The notes beneath the pieces are model-generated. The model was not told the DNA's origin and did not search any database. It was given only the letters and a program-made list of their open reading frames with translations. From Robiginitomaculum sp. (GTDB lineage Bacteria > Pseudomonadota > Alphaproteobacteria > Caulobacterales > Maricaulaceae): a stretch of 64,000 bases of DNA. Positions 9,810-19,193 of the stretch are shown piece by piece. The DNA lies in NCBI GenBank assembly GCA_026982415.1, contig JALSHE010000034.1, positions 9,279 to 73,278 of the forward strand. Direction: 5' to 3'. Every line of letters starts with the position of its first letter. Position 1 is the first letter of the stretch. The position numbers were made by a program, and so were the translations under genes.

Positions 9810-10700
9810 TTATAATGACCCATTTATCAATTTCATAATCCCGGAAAAATCGAGATCATCTTTGCCTGCGCTTTCCATTAATGCATAGAGCGCTTCGGCT
9901 TGGGCGCCGAGCGGGGTTGCGGATTTGGCTTTGCTAGCAGCATCCGCTGCAAGGCGTAAGTCCTTAAGCATCATGGCGGCGCTAAATCCAGGCTGATAGT
10001 CATTATTGGACGGCGCAGTTGGCACAGGTCCCGGCGCGGGGCAATAGCTGGTCATGGACCAGTTTTGTCCGGACGCCGTGGAGGAAATATCGTAGAATGT
10101 TTGTGCATCAAGGCCGAGTTTTTCGGCCAGCGCAAACGCTTCGCAGGTGCCTATCATATGAATGCCCAGCAGCATATTATTACACACCTTGGCCACTTGG
10201 CCATTACCCGCCGCGCCCGCGTGAAAGATGTTTTTGCCCATAGTCTCCAGATAAGGCTTCGCCAAACCAAAAGCCGTGTCCGTACCGCCGACCATAAATG
10301 TCAATGTCCCAGCCGCCGCCGCCGCGACACCGCCGGAGACGGGCGCGTCAACCATGTGCAGACCTTTGGCCTCAGCCGCTTCGGTAACCGTGCGGGCGCT
10401 GTCAATGTCAATGGTCGAGCTGTCAATCAATAAGGTTCCGTCCGCCACATTGGCAATAATCCCGTCGCCGCCCAAATATATCCCGCGTACATGCTGACCA
10501 GCCGGGAGCATAGTGACGACCACATCCGCACCGACCACAGCATCCAGCATAGACCGAGCCGCCAAACACCCTGCCCCCACGGCCTTTTCAATAGCGTCCC
10601 CCGACAAATCAAAAGCCCGCACAACATGCCCAGCTTGCGCCAGATTAGCCGCCATGCCACCCCCCATATTCCCAAGCCCAATAAATGCAATTGTGGTCAT
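9810..10700 (-). CDS. mmsB: 3-hydroxyisobutyrate dehydrogenase
   Basis: It has the N-terminal Rossmann motif IAFIGLGNMGGGMAANL and belongs to the HIBADH family. It sits in a valine-catabolism context. Confidence 0.87.
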   Translation of the reverse strand: MTTIAFIGLGNMGGGMAANLAQAGHVVRAFDLSGDAIEKAVGAGCLAARSMLDAVVGADVVVTMLPAGQHVRGIYLGGDGIIANVADGTLLIDSSTIDIDSARTVTEAAEAKGLHMVDAPVSGGVAAAAAGTLTFMVGGTDTAFGLAKPYLETMGKNIFHAGAAGNGQVAKVCNNMLLGIHMIGTCEAFALAEKLGLDAQTFYDISSTASGQNWSMTSYCPAPGPVPTAPSNNDYQPGFSAAMMLKDLRLAADAASKAKSATPLGAQAEALYALMESAGKDDLDFSGIMKLINGSL

Positions 10701-10845
10701 TGAATTTCCCTATTTTTAGTTTCTAAAGTACAAGCCAGCTTACTGAACCGTTGCACAATTCACAACAACCGATATGGCATGCGTATCTTCTCGCATTGAC
10801 AAATTTGCATATACACGTAGAAAAATCCCTCACACGGAGAACATT

Positions 10846-11955
10846 ATGCGCTTTTACAGCACTATTAGCTTAGCCATCACGCTAACAATTCCATTCGCCA
10901 GCACTGCGGTATATGCACAAGAGGCGGACACACAAACAATCGAACAACTGACCAAATCCGCCAAGGCAGGCGATATGAATGCGCAATACGACCTCGCCAT
11001 TAACTATGATTACGGAGAAAGCGTAGAAATTGACGACAAGAAAGCTGTTAAATGGTACCGAGCTGCGGCGGAACAAGGGCTAAAAACCGCCCAATATAAT
11101 TTAGCCTTTATGTATGATGAGGGTGAAGGTGTCGCGCAAAGTAAGGCAAAGGCGTTCACATGGTTTAAGAAATCCGCCGAGCAAGGATTTGCTGAAGCCC
11201 AGTATTCGGTAGCTGTACGTTATGATGAAGGTATTGGCGTCGAACTTAACGACGAAAAAGCGGCGAAATGGTATATGGTCGCCGCTGAACAAGGATTAGT
11301 GCAAGCCCAACATAATCTAGCTTATATGTATAGCGACGGCGAGGGTGTAACCCAAAGCAAAACGCTTGCTTTAAAATGGTTTAAAAAAGCCGCATTGCAA
11401 GGATTTGCAGAATCACAATTTGATCTTGGCTATCGCTATGATGAGGGCATTGGCATTGAGCAAGACCATGCACTAGCATTGCAATGGTACGAAAAAGCAG
11501 CGGCACAAGACTTTGCGCTAGCCCAATATAATCTGGGTGTAAAATACGATACGGGCAATGGCGTCGATCTTGATTATGATAAAGCGCGTATGTGGTATAA
11601 AAAAGCCGTCGCGCTAAATTACCCCGATGCCCAATTTAACCTTGCATATATGTACGACGAGGGGCACGGAGTTAAAGAAAACAACAGGTTGGCAGTAAAA
11701 TATTACAAGCTAGCAGCCCACCAAGGTTTCCCGGGCGGCATGAATAATTTAGGATATATGTTTCTGAACGGCGATGGCATAAAGAAAGATGTCAAGCTCG
11801 CATATATGTGGTTTCTCTTAGCAGAAAAAGCTGAATATGAACTAGCGCCCGGCAATGTGAAAATTGCCCGCCGTGGGTTAAGGCGCAAGAAAAGACTAGA
11901 GGCCGAAGCTATGGCCGAAACTTGCCTAACTTCAGAATACAAGGACTGCGGATAG
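10846..11955 (+). CDS. Secreted Sel1-like (SLR/TPR) repeat protein
   Basis: A signal peptide (MRFYSTISLAITLTIPFASTAVYA) is followed by about 9 tandem repeats of roughly 36 aa of the type A.KWY.KAAEQG...AQYNLA.MYD.G.GV. A GGAG lies 7 nt upstream of the chosen ATG. Confidence 0.85.
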   Translation: MRFYSTISLAITLTIPFASTAVYAQEADTQTIEQLTKSAKAGDMNAQYDLAINYDYGESVEIDDKKAVKWYRAAAEQGLKTAQYNLAFMYDEGEGVAQSKAKAFTWFKKSAEQGFAEAQYSVAVRYDEGIGVELNDEKAAKWYMVAAEQGLVQAQHNLAYMYSDGEGVTQSKTLALKWFKKAALQGFAESQFDLGYRYDEGIGIEQDHALALQWYEKAAAQDFALAQYNLGVKYDTGNGVDLDYDKARMWYKKAVALNYPDAQFNLAYMYDEGHGVKENNRLAVKYYKLAAHQGFPGGMNNLGYMFLNGDGIKKDVKLAYMWFLLAEKAEYELAPGNVKIARRGLRRKKRLEAEAMAETCLTSEYKDCG

Positions 11956-11957
11956 GT

Positions 11958-13046
11958 TTAGGTTAAGAACTCCAGTTCCATTGGCGTTTGTGTAAACGCC
12001 GCGCGGACGTCGTCTAAATTTACGTCTTCTATGCTTGCCGCAGCCCATTTTGGGTTTCGGTCTTTGTCGATAACGGCGGCGCGGACGCCTTCAATAAAGT
12101 CTGGTATGTCTAGGAAATTTAAGGATAAATCTAGCTCTTGGCGCATGGTTTCGCGGAACTTGAAATTTCCGCCGCGTCTGAGTGCTTCGAAGGTGATGTA
12201 GACGGCGAGTGGAGATTTACTCTCCAAGAATGAGAGCTGCTTACTGGCCCAAGCACTGTCCTCAGTATTGTTTTTGTTGGGCTTGGCATTGGCATAGCTG
12301 CGCAGGCTGGCATATATTTCAGGTAATTTGTCCTTATCAAATGCATCAAGTGCTTGTGGTAAGGGTGCTGGCATATCGGGTTGTTTTACAAAAGATTTCA
12401 GAACCTCCATGACCGGCCCGTCGAGACCGTCCAAATTTGTTTTACCCAGCGCGGTTTTAAAGGCTTCGTGCTGCCCGCTAGGGATATAAACATTGGCGAT
12501 ACCGAGCGCACAGGTTTGCGCAGTTTTCAAGCGCGCGCCCGTCAGGCCGAGCCAATTGCCGACAGCCCGGCCCCATTTCGTTTGAAGACGCGGCAAGAAA
12601 TAAGTGCCGCCTACATCCGGAAAATACCCGATGCCCGTCTCCGGCATAGCGAACAAGGTGTTGTCCCCCGCCACCCGCAAGCGACCATGCACGCTAAGGC
12701 CTACGCCTCCGCCCATAACGATACCGTCAATCAGTGCGATATAGGGTTTCTTATAGCGGTGGATCAATTCGTTCAGCGCATATTCCGTGCGCCAAAATTC
12801 TTCGGCTCTAGCGTCCCCCGCTTTGGCACTATCGTGCAGCATGATAATATCACCGCCCGCACAAAATGCCCGGTCTCCAGCCCCCTCAACCAACACTGCA
12901 CCAATGCGGTCATCATCCTGCCAAGCCAGCATAATTTTGGTCATAGCGGCGCACATTTCTGTGGTAAGGGCATTGAGCGCCTTGGGACGGTTCAGGGTGA
13001 TAACACCGAGATTGCCGAAGACTTCAAATTGGATTTGGTTGGTCAT
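11958..13046 (-). CDS. 3-hydroxyisobutyryl-CoA hydrolase (enoyl-CoA hydratase/isomerase family)
   Basis: It has a crotonase fold (RAFCAGGDI, ALIDGIVMGGGVGLS) plus the long C-terminal extension typical of HIBCH. The genomic context is valine catabolism. Confidence 0.8.
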   Translation of the reverse strand: MTNQIQFEVFGNLGVITLNRPKALNALTTEMCAAMTKIMLAWQDDDRIGAVLVEGAGDRAFCAGGDIIMLHDSAKAGDARAEEFWRTEYALNELIHRYKKPYIALIDGIVMGGGVGLSVHGRLRVAGDNTLFAMPETGIGYFPDVGGTYFLPRLQTKWGRAVGNWLGLTGARLKTAQTCALGIANVYIPSGQHEAFKTALGKTNLDGLDGPVMEVLKSFVKQPDMPAPLPQALDAFDKDKLPEIYASLRSYANAKPNKNNTEDSAWASKQLSFLESKSPLAVYITFEALRRGGNFKFRETMRQELDLSLNFLDIPDFIEGVRAAVIDKDRNPKWAAASIEDVNLDDVRAAFTQTPMELEFLT

Positions 13047-13064
13047 GTGAAATTCCTTAAAATA

Positions 13065-13219
13065 CCTTCCTCTCCCTGGGGAGAGGTCGCGTTCGCTCTT
13101 GCGAACTGCGGGTGAGGGGAAATAATGCCGGGCGTCCAGACAAATGCAATTGCTAACTTATGTATCATCATAATATATCCCCTCACCCTCGCTTCGCTCG
13201 ACCTCTCCCCAAGGAGAGG
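13065..13219. repeat. Nested-hairpin palindromic intergenic element (copy C)
   Basis: The left arm is CCTCTCCCTGGGGAGAGG + GCGTTCGC-TCTT-GCGAAC + GGGTGAGGGGA. The right arm, TCCCCTCACCC...CCTCTCCCCAAGGAGAGG, is its inverted complement, and an AT-rich spacer of about 57 nt separates them. The architecture matches the elements at 57463 and 62916. Confidence 0.7.
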
Positions 13220-13253
13220 TAATGAAAACAAGTTTTCATGTTAGAAAAAATAA

Positions 13254-14381
13254 TCACCTGAGCAAATTCCGCGCTATAATCACCCTCATGATCTCGTTCG
13301 TGCCCTCCAAAATCTGATGCACCCGTAAATCTCGCACAATGCGTTCTATGCCGTAGTCCGCCAGATAGCCATACCCACCGTGCAGCTGCAGAGCATCATT
13401 GGCTATCTTGCTGCCCGCATCCGTGGCAAAGCGTTTCGCCATAGCACAGTGGTTGGATTTATCGGGGTCACCCTTGTCGATACTATCCCCCGCCCGGTAA
13501 ATCATCAGCCGCGCAGCATCTAGTTCCGTCGCCATATCGGCCAGTTTAAACTGGGTGTTTTGAAAGGCGGATATAGGCTTGCCGAATTGCTCCCGTTCGC
13601 CTGTGTACTGGATAGCCGCGTCCAGCGCCGCCCCTGCTCCGCCGAGTGAACACGCGCCGATATTCACCCGCCCGCCGTCCAGTCCGGCCATAGCGAATTT
13701 AAACCCTGCGCCTTCGTCGCCTATGCGGTTACTCTCTGGGATACGGCAATCCTCAAGAATTACCTGCGCCGTGGGTTGCGCGTTCCAACCCATTTTCTTT
13801 TCCTGTGCGCCAAAGCTAAGGCCCGGTGTTCCGTCTTCAACCAGAAACGCGCTGATAGATTTCTCACCCGTCCGTGCCATTATCAGATAAACATCAGAGA
13901 AATCAGCGCCGGAAATAAACGCCTTAGTGCCATTTAAAACATAATGATTTCCGTCTCTTACAGCCTTTGTTTTAAGTGAAGCCGCGTCCGACCCGCTACC
14001 CGGCTCCGTCAAACAATAAGAACCAATGGTTTCCATGCTCGCCAATTTAGGCACAAACCGCGCCCGCAATTCCGCATCCCCAAATGTATCGACCATCCAA
14101 GTGACCATATTATGTATGGACAAAAATGCCGCCGTGGACACACAGCCGCGTGAGAGCTGCTCAAAAATAAGCGCCGCGTCAAGCCGCCCCATCTCCGAAC
14201 CACCGTGCTCAGCACGCGTATAAATAGCCCCAAACCCAAGCGCGGCAGCTTTTTCCAGCACATCCCGCGACAAAAACTTCTCCTCGTCCCACTGCCCCGC
14301 ATAAGGTGCAAGCTCAGCATCAGAAAACTGCCGCGCCATGTCCCGTATCATGACCTGTTCTTCTGTAAGGCTAAAATCCAT
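13254..14381 (-). CDS. Acyl-CoA dehydrogenase (probably isobutyryl-CoA dehydrogenase)
   Basis: It is an ACAD family member (MDFSLTEEQ...; CLTEPGSGSDA; QLHGGYGY). It lies between mmsA and the HIBCH gene. I chose the ATG at 14381 rather than the GTG at 14387. Confidence 0.87.
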   Translation of the reverse strand: MDFSLTEEQVMIRDMARQFSDAELAPYAGQWDEEKFLSRDVLEKAAALGFGAIYTRAEHGGSEMGRLDAALIFEQLSRGCVSTAAFLSIHNMVTWMVDTFGDAELRARFVPKLASMETIGSYCLTEPGSGSDAASLKTKAVRDGNHYVLNGTKAFISGADFSDVYLIMARTGEKSISAFLVEDGTPGLSFGAQEKKMGWNAQPTAQVILEDCRIPESNRIGDEGAGFKFAMAGLDGGRVNIGACSLGGAGAALDAAIQYTGEREQFGKPISAFQNTQFKLADMATELDAARLMIYRAGDSIDKGDPDKSNHCAMAKRFATDAGSKIANDALQLHGGYGYLADYGIERIVRDLRVHQILEGTNEIMRVIIARNLLR

Positions 14382-14409
14382 ACCCACCCCAATTTACATT
14401 ATTCCAAAA

Positions 14410-14549
14410 CCCTCCGCTCATCCCCGCGAAAGCGGGGAACCAGCGAATAAAGTGTGCGCCAAAGGCGCACTCATTTTTATCTAAACTAGATTCCCACTTT
14501 CCCCAAGAGGGACTTCCTGCGGTCGCAGGGAATGAGCGGGGTGTGAGGG
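14410..14549. repeat. Palindromic intergenic element (copy D, a different sequence type)
   Basis: The terminal inverted repeat is CCGCTCATCCCC (14414-14425) against GGGAATGAGCGG (14528-14539). Internal hairpins are TCCCCGC-GAAA-GCGGGGA (14421-14438), GTGCGCC-AAA-GGCGCAC (14454-14470) and TCCTGC..GCAGG(G)A. Confidence 0.6.
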
Positions 14550-14564
14550 AGATTTTTATCATAC

Positions 14565-16064
14565 CTAAAAAGTCGGAATAACGAACGCGCTGTCTTCGGA
14601 CAATTCGTCGCTTTCCAGCCATCTTTGGGTTACCGTCTTGGTTTTCGTATAAAACCTTAACCCCTCCATGCCGTATTGGTTTATGTCGCCAAACGCCGAG
14701 CGTTTCCAGCCGCCGAAGCTGTGATAGCTTACGGGGACGGGGATGGGGACGTTGATACCGACCATGCCGACTTCCACCCGGTCTGCGAATTCGCGGGCGG
14801 CGCGGCCATTTGTGGTGTAGATGGCAACGCCGTTACCGTATTGGTGTTCGCTGGGCAGTGCGAGGGCTTCCTCAAATGTATCAGCGCGGACGATTTGTAG
14901 CACGGGGCCGAAAATTTCGTCTTGGTAGGTGGTCATATTGGTGGTGACATTATCCAGCAAAGTTGGGCCTAGGAAATAGCCGCCTTCATAACCCTGAAGC
15001 TCAAACCCGCGTCCATCGACCAATAATTCTGCGCCCTCTTTGATGGCCAGATTAATCATGCTGGTGACTTTGGCTTTGTGGGCCGCCGTAACCACGGGGC
15101 CGTAATCTGCGTCCGGGTCGCTGGAAATGCCAATACGCAAACCCTCGATAGCGGGGAGCATTTTCGAGAGGAACCGTTCAGCAGTCCCCTCGCCCACTGG
15201 TACAACAACAGGCAGCGCCATACAGCGTTCGCCCGCCGAGCCAAAAGCCGCGCCCAAAATATCTTTAACCGCCTGGTCCATATTGGCGTCTGGCAAGATA
15301 ATACCGTGGTTTTTCGCCCCGCCCATACACTGGGCGCGTTTGCCGTTCTTGGCAGCTTCTGTGTAAACATAATGAGCAATATCGGAGGAACCAACAAAGC
15401 TAACGGCTTTGATGTCGTCGTGCTGCAAAATAGCGTCCACGGCTTCTTTGTCGCCGTTGACTACGTTCAGCAGACCAACCGGCCCGCCTGCCTCAACGAA
15501 CAATTCCGCGAGGCGCATCGGCACGCTCGGGTCTTTCTCGGACGGCTTCAATATGACCGCATTGCCCGTAGATATAGCCATGCCGAACATCCACATAGGG
15601 ATCATGGCAGGGAAATTGAACGGGGTGATAGCGGCAACAACGCCCAGCGGTTTGCGGATAGAATAAACATCAATCCCCGGCCCCGCGCCCATAGTATAGT
15701 CGCCCTTTTGGTTTTGCGGTACACCGCAAGCAAATTCGATCACATCAAGCCCGCGAATAACATCGCCCCGGCTATCCGCATGGATTTTCCCGTGCTCTAG
15801 CGACAACAGAGCCGCCAATTCGTCCATATGTTTTTCGACAAGCTCTTTAAACGCAAATAAAACCCGTGAACGGCGCTGGGGGTTAACCTGCGCCCATTTG
15901 GCTTGGGCTTTGACCGCTGAGGCGACGGCCACATCCATTTCGGACGCGCTCGCCAAAGCCACTTGCGCTTGTACCGCGCCCGTATTCGGATTAAAAATAT
16001 CGGCTGTGCGCCCGGATGAACCTACGACTTTTTCGCCGTCGATAAAGTGACCTATTTGTTTCAT
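14565..16064 (-). CDS. mmsA: Methylmalonate-semialdehyde dehydrogenase (CoA-acylating)
   Basis: It is a 499 aa ALDH with the MMSDH-type N-terminus MKQIGHFIDGEKV and the catalytic region GERCMALPVVV. It sits in a valine-catabolism context. Confidence 0.92.
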   Translation of the reverse strand: MKQIGHFIDGEKVVGSSGRTADIFNPNTGAVQAQVALASASEMDVAVASAVKAQAKWAQVNPQRRSRVLFAFKELVEKHMDELAALLSLEHGKIHADSRGDVIRGLDVIEFACGVPQNQKGDYTMGAGPGIDVYSIRKPLGVVAAITPFNFPAMIPMWMFGMAISTGNAVILKPSEKDPSVPMRLAELFVEAGGPVGLLNVVNGDKEAVDAILQHDDIKAVSFVGSSDIAHYVYTEAAKNGKRAQCMGGAKNHGIILPDANMDQAVKDILGAAFGSAGERCMALPVVVPVGEGTAERFLSKMLPAIEGLRIGISSDPDADYGPVVTAAHKAKVTSMINLAIKEGAELLVDGRGFELQGYEGGYFLGPTLLDNVTTNMTTYQDEIFGPVLQIVRADTFEEALALPSEHQYGNGVAIYTTNGRAAREFADRVEVGMVGINVPIPVPVSYHSFGGWKRSAFGDINQYGMEGLRFYTKTKTVTQRWLESDELSEDSAFVIPTF

Positions 16065-16248
16065 GAAAACCTCTTATTTATGTACCGCGCCAATATAATA
16101 TATCCCGCCAGAAATTGTTTGCCCTATATAAGCAATGTGCGCAATAAATCTCTCCAAAAATTCACGATAAACCCATCAAATTTCGGAGAATTGCCATAGA
16201 CGCGACTCGATTGTCACGCTATGCAAACAGAAATTCTATCGGGTGACT

Positions 16249-18669
16249 ATGTCGTTTAAAATAACAAAATTTAATTCCCGCTGCCTCATTGGCCTTTTGG
16301 CCACTTCAGGCTTGGGAATTGCCGCACCCGCATATGGTCAAGGCATTGCCCTGACTACCTCGCCCGACAAATTACAACTTGCCCCCGATAGCCCGTTTCG
16401 GGATCCTGATGTTATCTATCTTGAGGCTGATGAACTTGAGAACGACGAAAAGAACAAGATTATTTATGCGCGCGGCTCCGTTGAGGGTCGCTATCAAGAC
16501 AAAACCATTCTGGCCGACCAAGTCCGTTATAATGTCGCTACAGGACAAGTCTTTGCTATAGGGAATGTTGTCTTAATTAACGCAGACGGCTCTTCCCAAT
16601 ATGCAGATAAGTTGGAGCTTTCCGACGAACTTGAAGCAGGTACGGCGACCAATTTCTTGGCACGGTTCCCCACAGGTGGGCAATTGGCATCCGCCTTTGC
16701 AGCGCGTAAAACTGATACTGGCATTGAGCTTTACAACGCCTATTACACCGCTTGCGAAGCTTGCAAGGTCGACGGCAAAACCAAAAAGCCTACATGGCGG
16801 CTCAAAGCCCGCAAGGTGACACAGGACAAAGAAAGCAGATCTATCCGTTACCGGGACGCCGTGTTTGAGTTCAAGGGCATACCGGTTTTTTATAGCCCCT
16901 ATCTAGCCCACCCCGACCCAACAGTAGACCGGGCGAGCGGATTGTTGATACCATTTGTCGGCGTGTCCGCCAGTAAAGGTTTCAATTTCAGAGCGCCCTA
17001 TTATTTTGCATTGTCTGATTATTCTGAATTAACGGTAACTCCGCGCATATTTGCAAAAGTCAACCCGGTACTTGCCGCCAAATACCGCCGCCAGTTTTTC
17101 TCGGGTGAATTTAATTTCGAGGGCAGTTTTACCAACGCTTCTTTCTTTGACAATAGAGGGGACATACTGAGCGATCTTGATTTTTTCCGTGACCCGGAAG
17201 AAAGCCTTAAGGGTAAAAGATGGCGGTCGCACTTCTTTTCCAATGGCCTTTTCAATATCAGTGAGCAATGGAAATGGGGGTTTGAAGCTGGCTATGCCAC
17301 GGATGACAACTATCTCGACCGTTATGATTTTGACCAACAACGTCCTGACTTTGGACTCTATAAGGCGGATAGCAGACGTTTAATGCAACAATTGTTTGTG
17401 ACCGGACAATCCGACAGCTTTCGGTTTTCGACCAGCGCTTTTGGAAATGTCAGCCTACGCACTCGGATACGCCGCAACCAATTTGATACAAACCCAGCTG
17501 ATGACAACCCTAATGAATTACTGGTCAGTCGTGAAAATGACAGCATTCTTCCTGTCATTGCGCCGAAAATTGAGCTTAGTAAATATTTTAAAGACCCTGT
17601 AATTGGCGGGCGCTTAAAGCTCTCTGGCGATCTCACCGTTCTAACCCGTGCGCTCGGCACTGATTATACCCGAGCCACTACCGGGCTAGATTGGCAAAAA
17701 ACTTGGATTGCGCCCGCAGGGATAGAAGTCAAACCCTTTGCCATGGGTCGGTTTGATTATTTCAATCTGGAAGCGGAAGACGAAGATTTAACGCTTATTC
17801 AGCAAGAAGCCTTTAATTTCAACCGCGCTCTCGGCCAAGTTGGTGTTGATATTCGTTGGCCGTTCTTAAATGCGGGCGCTACCAAAGGTGATATAAACTG
17901 GATCATAGAACCGCGCGTTCAGATAACCCAAAGCTTCGGCGACGGCAAATTAAACAATTTCCTCCTCACCGACACTAACAATAATACGGTGTCTTTGTTC
18001 CAAGACAGCCTTGATGTTGACCTTGATCAAGCACTCATATGGAACCCTAACAAGGCAACCGGTTTTGATCTTTGGCAAAAGGGCTTTAGGGCTGATTACG
18101 GTGCGTCTCTCATCGCGGACTGGGGTGATTTTAGCCGCGCACATTTATTCCTAGGCCAGAGCTATCACGGCGATAATGGCATCGCGGCTTTCAGTAATAT
18201 ATCCGGCCTCAGCGGCAATCGTTCAGACGTTGTTGGCCAATTAGAGGTAAATCTCGGCAAGCGCTTCACCACATCAACTCGTATAAGGTATAACACTGCC
18301 AATGATGCATTTAGGCGCTTGGACACCAGTTTCAGATACCGAGGCAACCGTATTGGCGCCAGTGGGCGCTATTACCGCTTAGACAGCCAAACCGCCTTGT
18401 CGCTCCCGACCGACATTCCGTCCGAGGAAATTTCAGGGTCGCTCTCGGTTAAACTTATCGATAATTGGAGCACGAAATACACCATGTTCCGCGATCTGGA
18501 TAAAGAAATAACCAGACGCCAAAACCTGTCTTTGGTCTATGATGATAATTGTACACGGATTGAATTTATCTACACCAAACAAGAAAACGATTTGGGCTTG
18601 GTGAGACGGTCGGACGGTTTCGGAATACGGGTGTCACTTCTAACGCTCGGCGATTTCTCACCAGAGTAA
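16249..18669 (+). CDS. lptD: LPS-assembly outer-membrane protein LptD
   Basis: A signal peptide and an OstA-like N-terminal domain are followed by a large beta-barrel of about 800 aa. The start could instead be the GTG at 16243. Confidence 0.88.
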   Translation: MSFKITKFNSRCLIGLLATSGLGIAAPAYGQGIALTTSPDKLQLAPDSPFRDPDVIYLEADELENDEKNKIIYARGSVEGRYQDKTILADQVRYNVATGQVFAIGNVVLINADGSSQYADKLELSDELEAGTATNFLARFPTGGQLASAFAARKTDTGIELYNAYYTACEACKVDGKTKKPTWRLKARKVTQDKESRSIRYRDAVFEFKGIPVFYSPYLAHPDPTVDRASGLLIPFVGVSASKGFNFRAPYYFALSDYSELTVTPRIFAKVNPVLAAKYRRQFFSGEFNFEGSFTNASFFDNRGDILSDLDFFRDPEESLKGKRWRSHFFSNGLFNISEQWKWGFEAGYATDDNYLDRYDFDQQRPDFGLYKADSRRLMQQLFVTGQSDSFRFSTSAFGNVSLRTRIRRNQFDTNPADDNPNELLVSRENDSILPVIAPKIELSKYFKDPVIGGRLKLSGDLTVLTRALGTDYTRATTGLDWQKTWIAPAGIEVKPFAMGRFDYFNLEAEDEDLTLIQQEAFNFNRALGQVGVDIRWPFLNAGATKGDINWIIEPRVQITQSFGDGKLNNFLLTDTNNNTVSLFQDSLDVDLDQALIWNPNKATGFDLWQKGFRADYGASLIADWGDFSRAHLFLGQSYHGDNGIAAFSNISGLSGNRSDVVGQLEVNLGKRFTTSTRIRYNTANDAFRRLDTSFRYRGNRIGASGRYYRLDSQTALSLPTDIPSEEISGSLSVKLIDNWSTKYTMFRDLDKEITRRQNLSLVYDDNCTRIEFIYTKQENDLGLVRRSDGFGIRVSLLTLGDFSPE

Positions 18670-18698
18670 ATTTGCAATCATCACCCCTGTTCCAATTA

Positions 18699-18950
18699 TT
18701 ATCCTTTGCGCGCCTGCACGATATTGCCTTCTATATGGCTCTCGCCGAGCATTTTTAGAGCCTCGATCCGGTGTAATCCTTCGACGAGGACATAGCGGTC
18801 TTTGCCGAGGCGCACATAAATCGGCGTGGTTTGGCCGTTCTCCAAAATGTCCTCGGCCAGCACCAAAACTTTGTCTTCGTCCAAGCCTTTACGTTTGGCG
18901 GCAGGGATATAAATTTTATCAATGGGTACATCTACAATGCGCATAATCAT
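18699..18950 (-). CDS. Small stand-alone ParB/Srx-fold (ParB N-terminal domain-like) protein
   Basis: The 83-84 aa product contains ...VPIDKIYIP...PIYVRL..DRYVLVEGLHRIEALKMLG..., which resembles the ParB N-domain box. It has no HTH or DNA-binding part. The start codon is ambiguous (GTG at 18953, or ATG at 18950 or 18944). Confidence 0.55.
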   Translation of the reverse strand: MIMRIVDVPIDKIYIPAAKRKGLDEDKVLVLAEDILENGQTTPIYVRLGKDRYVLVEGLHRIEALKMLGESHIEGNIVQARKG

Positions 18951-19193
18951 CACAATAAAACAAATCCGCGCTATTGCAAAGCTTTTTGCGCAAAGCCTTG
19001 CCTAAGACCCCCGCCTATCCCCCCCGTCAATGGCGAATTATGACCGCTGGGAATGCTCTCTTGGTGCGCTACTGCTGATCCGCTCTATTTTGCTTATTCC
19101 TTCGCCATAAATGTATTTATGGGCTTTGAAAATTTGGAGATTTAAGTGCTTTCTTATCAAAAGTTACGACTGTATCATAGCCCTCACCAAACA

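Noticed and set aside
12381-13115. Long ORFs antisense to, or out of frame with, clear genes. Examples are 12381-13115 (+, 244 aa), 15078-15800 (+, 240 aa), 29494-30384 (+, 296 aa), 45764-46423 (+, 219 aa), 48202-48915 (+, 237 aa), 55018-55689 (+, 223 aa), 2825-3370 (+), 30867-31388 (-) and 23291-23791 (-).
   Set aside because: Each lies entirely within a strongly supported gene on the other strand or in another frame. Their translations are low-complexity and Arg/Ala/Pro/Ser-rich, with no recognisable motifs. These are typical shadow ORFs.
13043-13231. Short ORFs spanning the palindromic repeats: 13043-13231 (-), 14371-14622 (-), 57356-57538 (+), 57552-57818 (-), 57598-57834 (+), 62790-63002 (+) and 63021-63251 (+).
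   Set aside because: Their 'proteins' (for example ..SPLLGERSSEARVRG.., ..GRWAPLGARRGKQ..) are simply translations of the G/C-rich hairpin arms. They have no SD, and they change frame and strand between copies.
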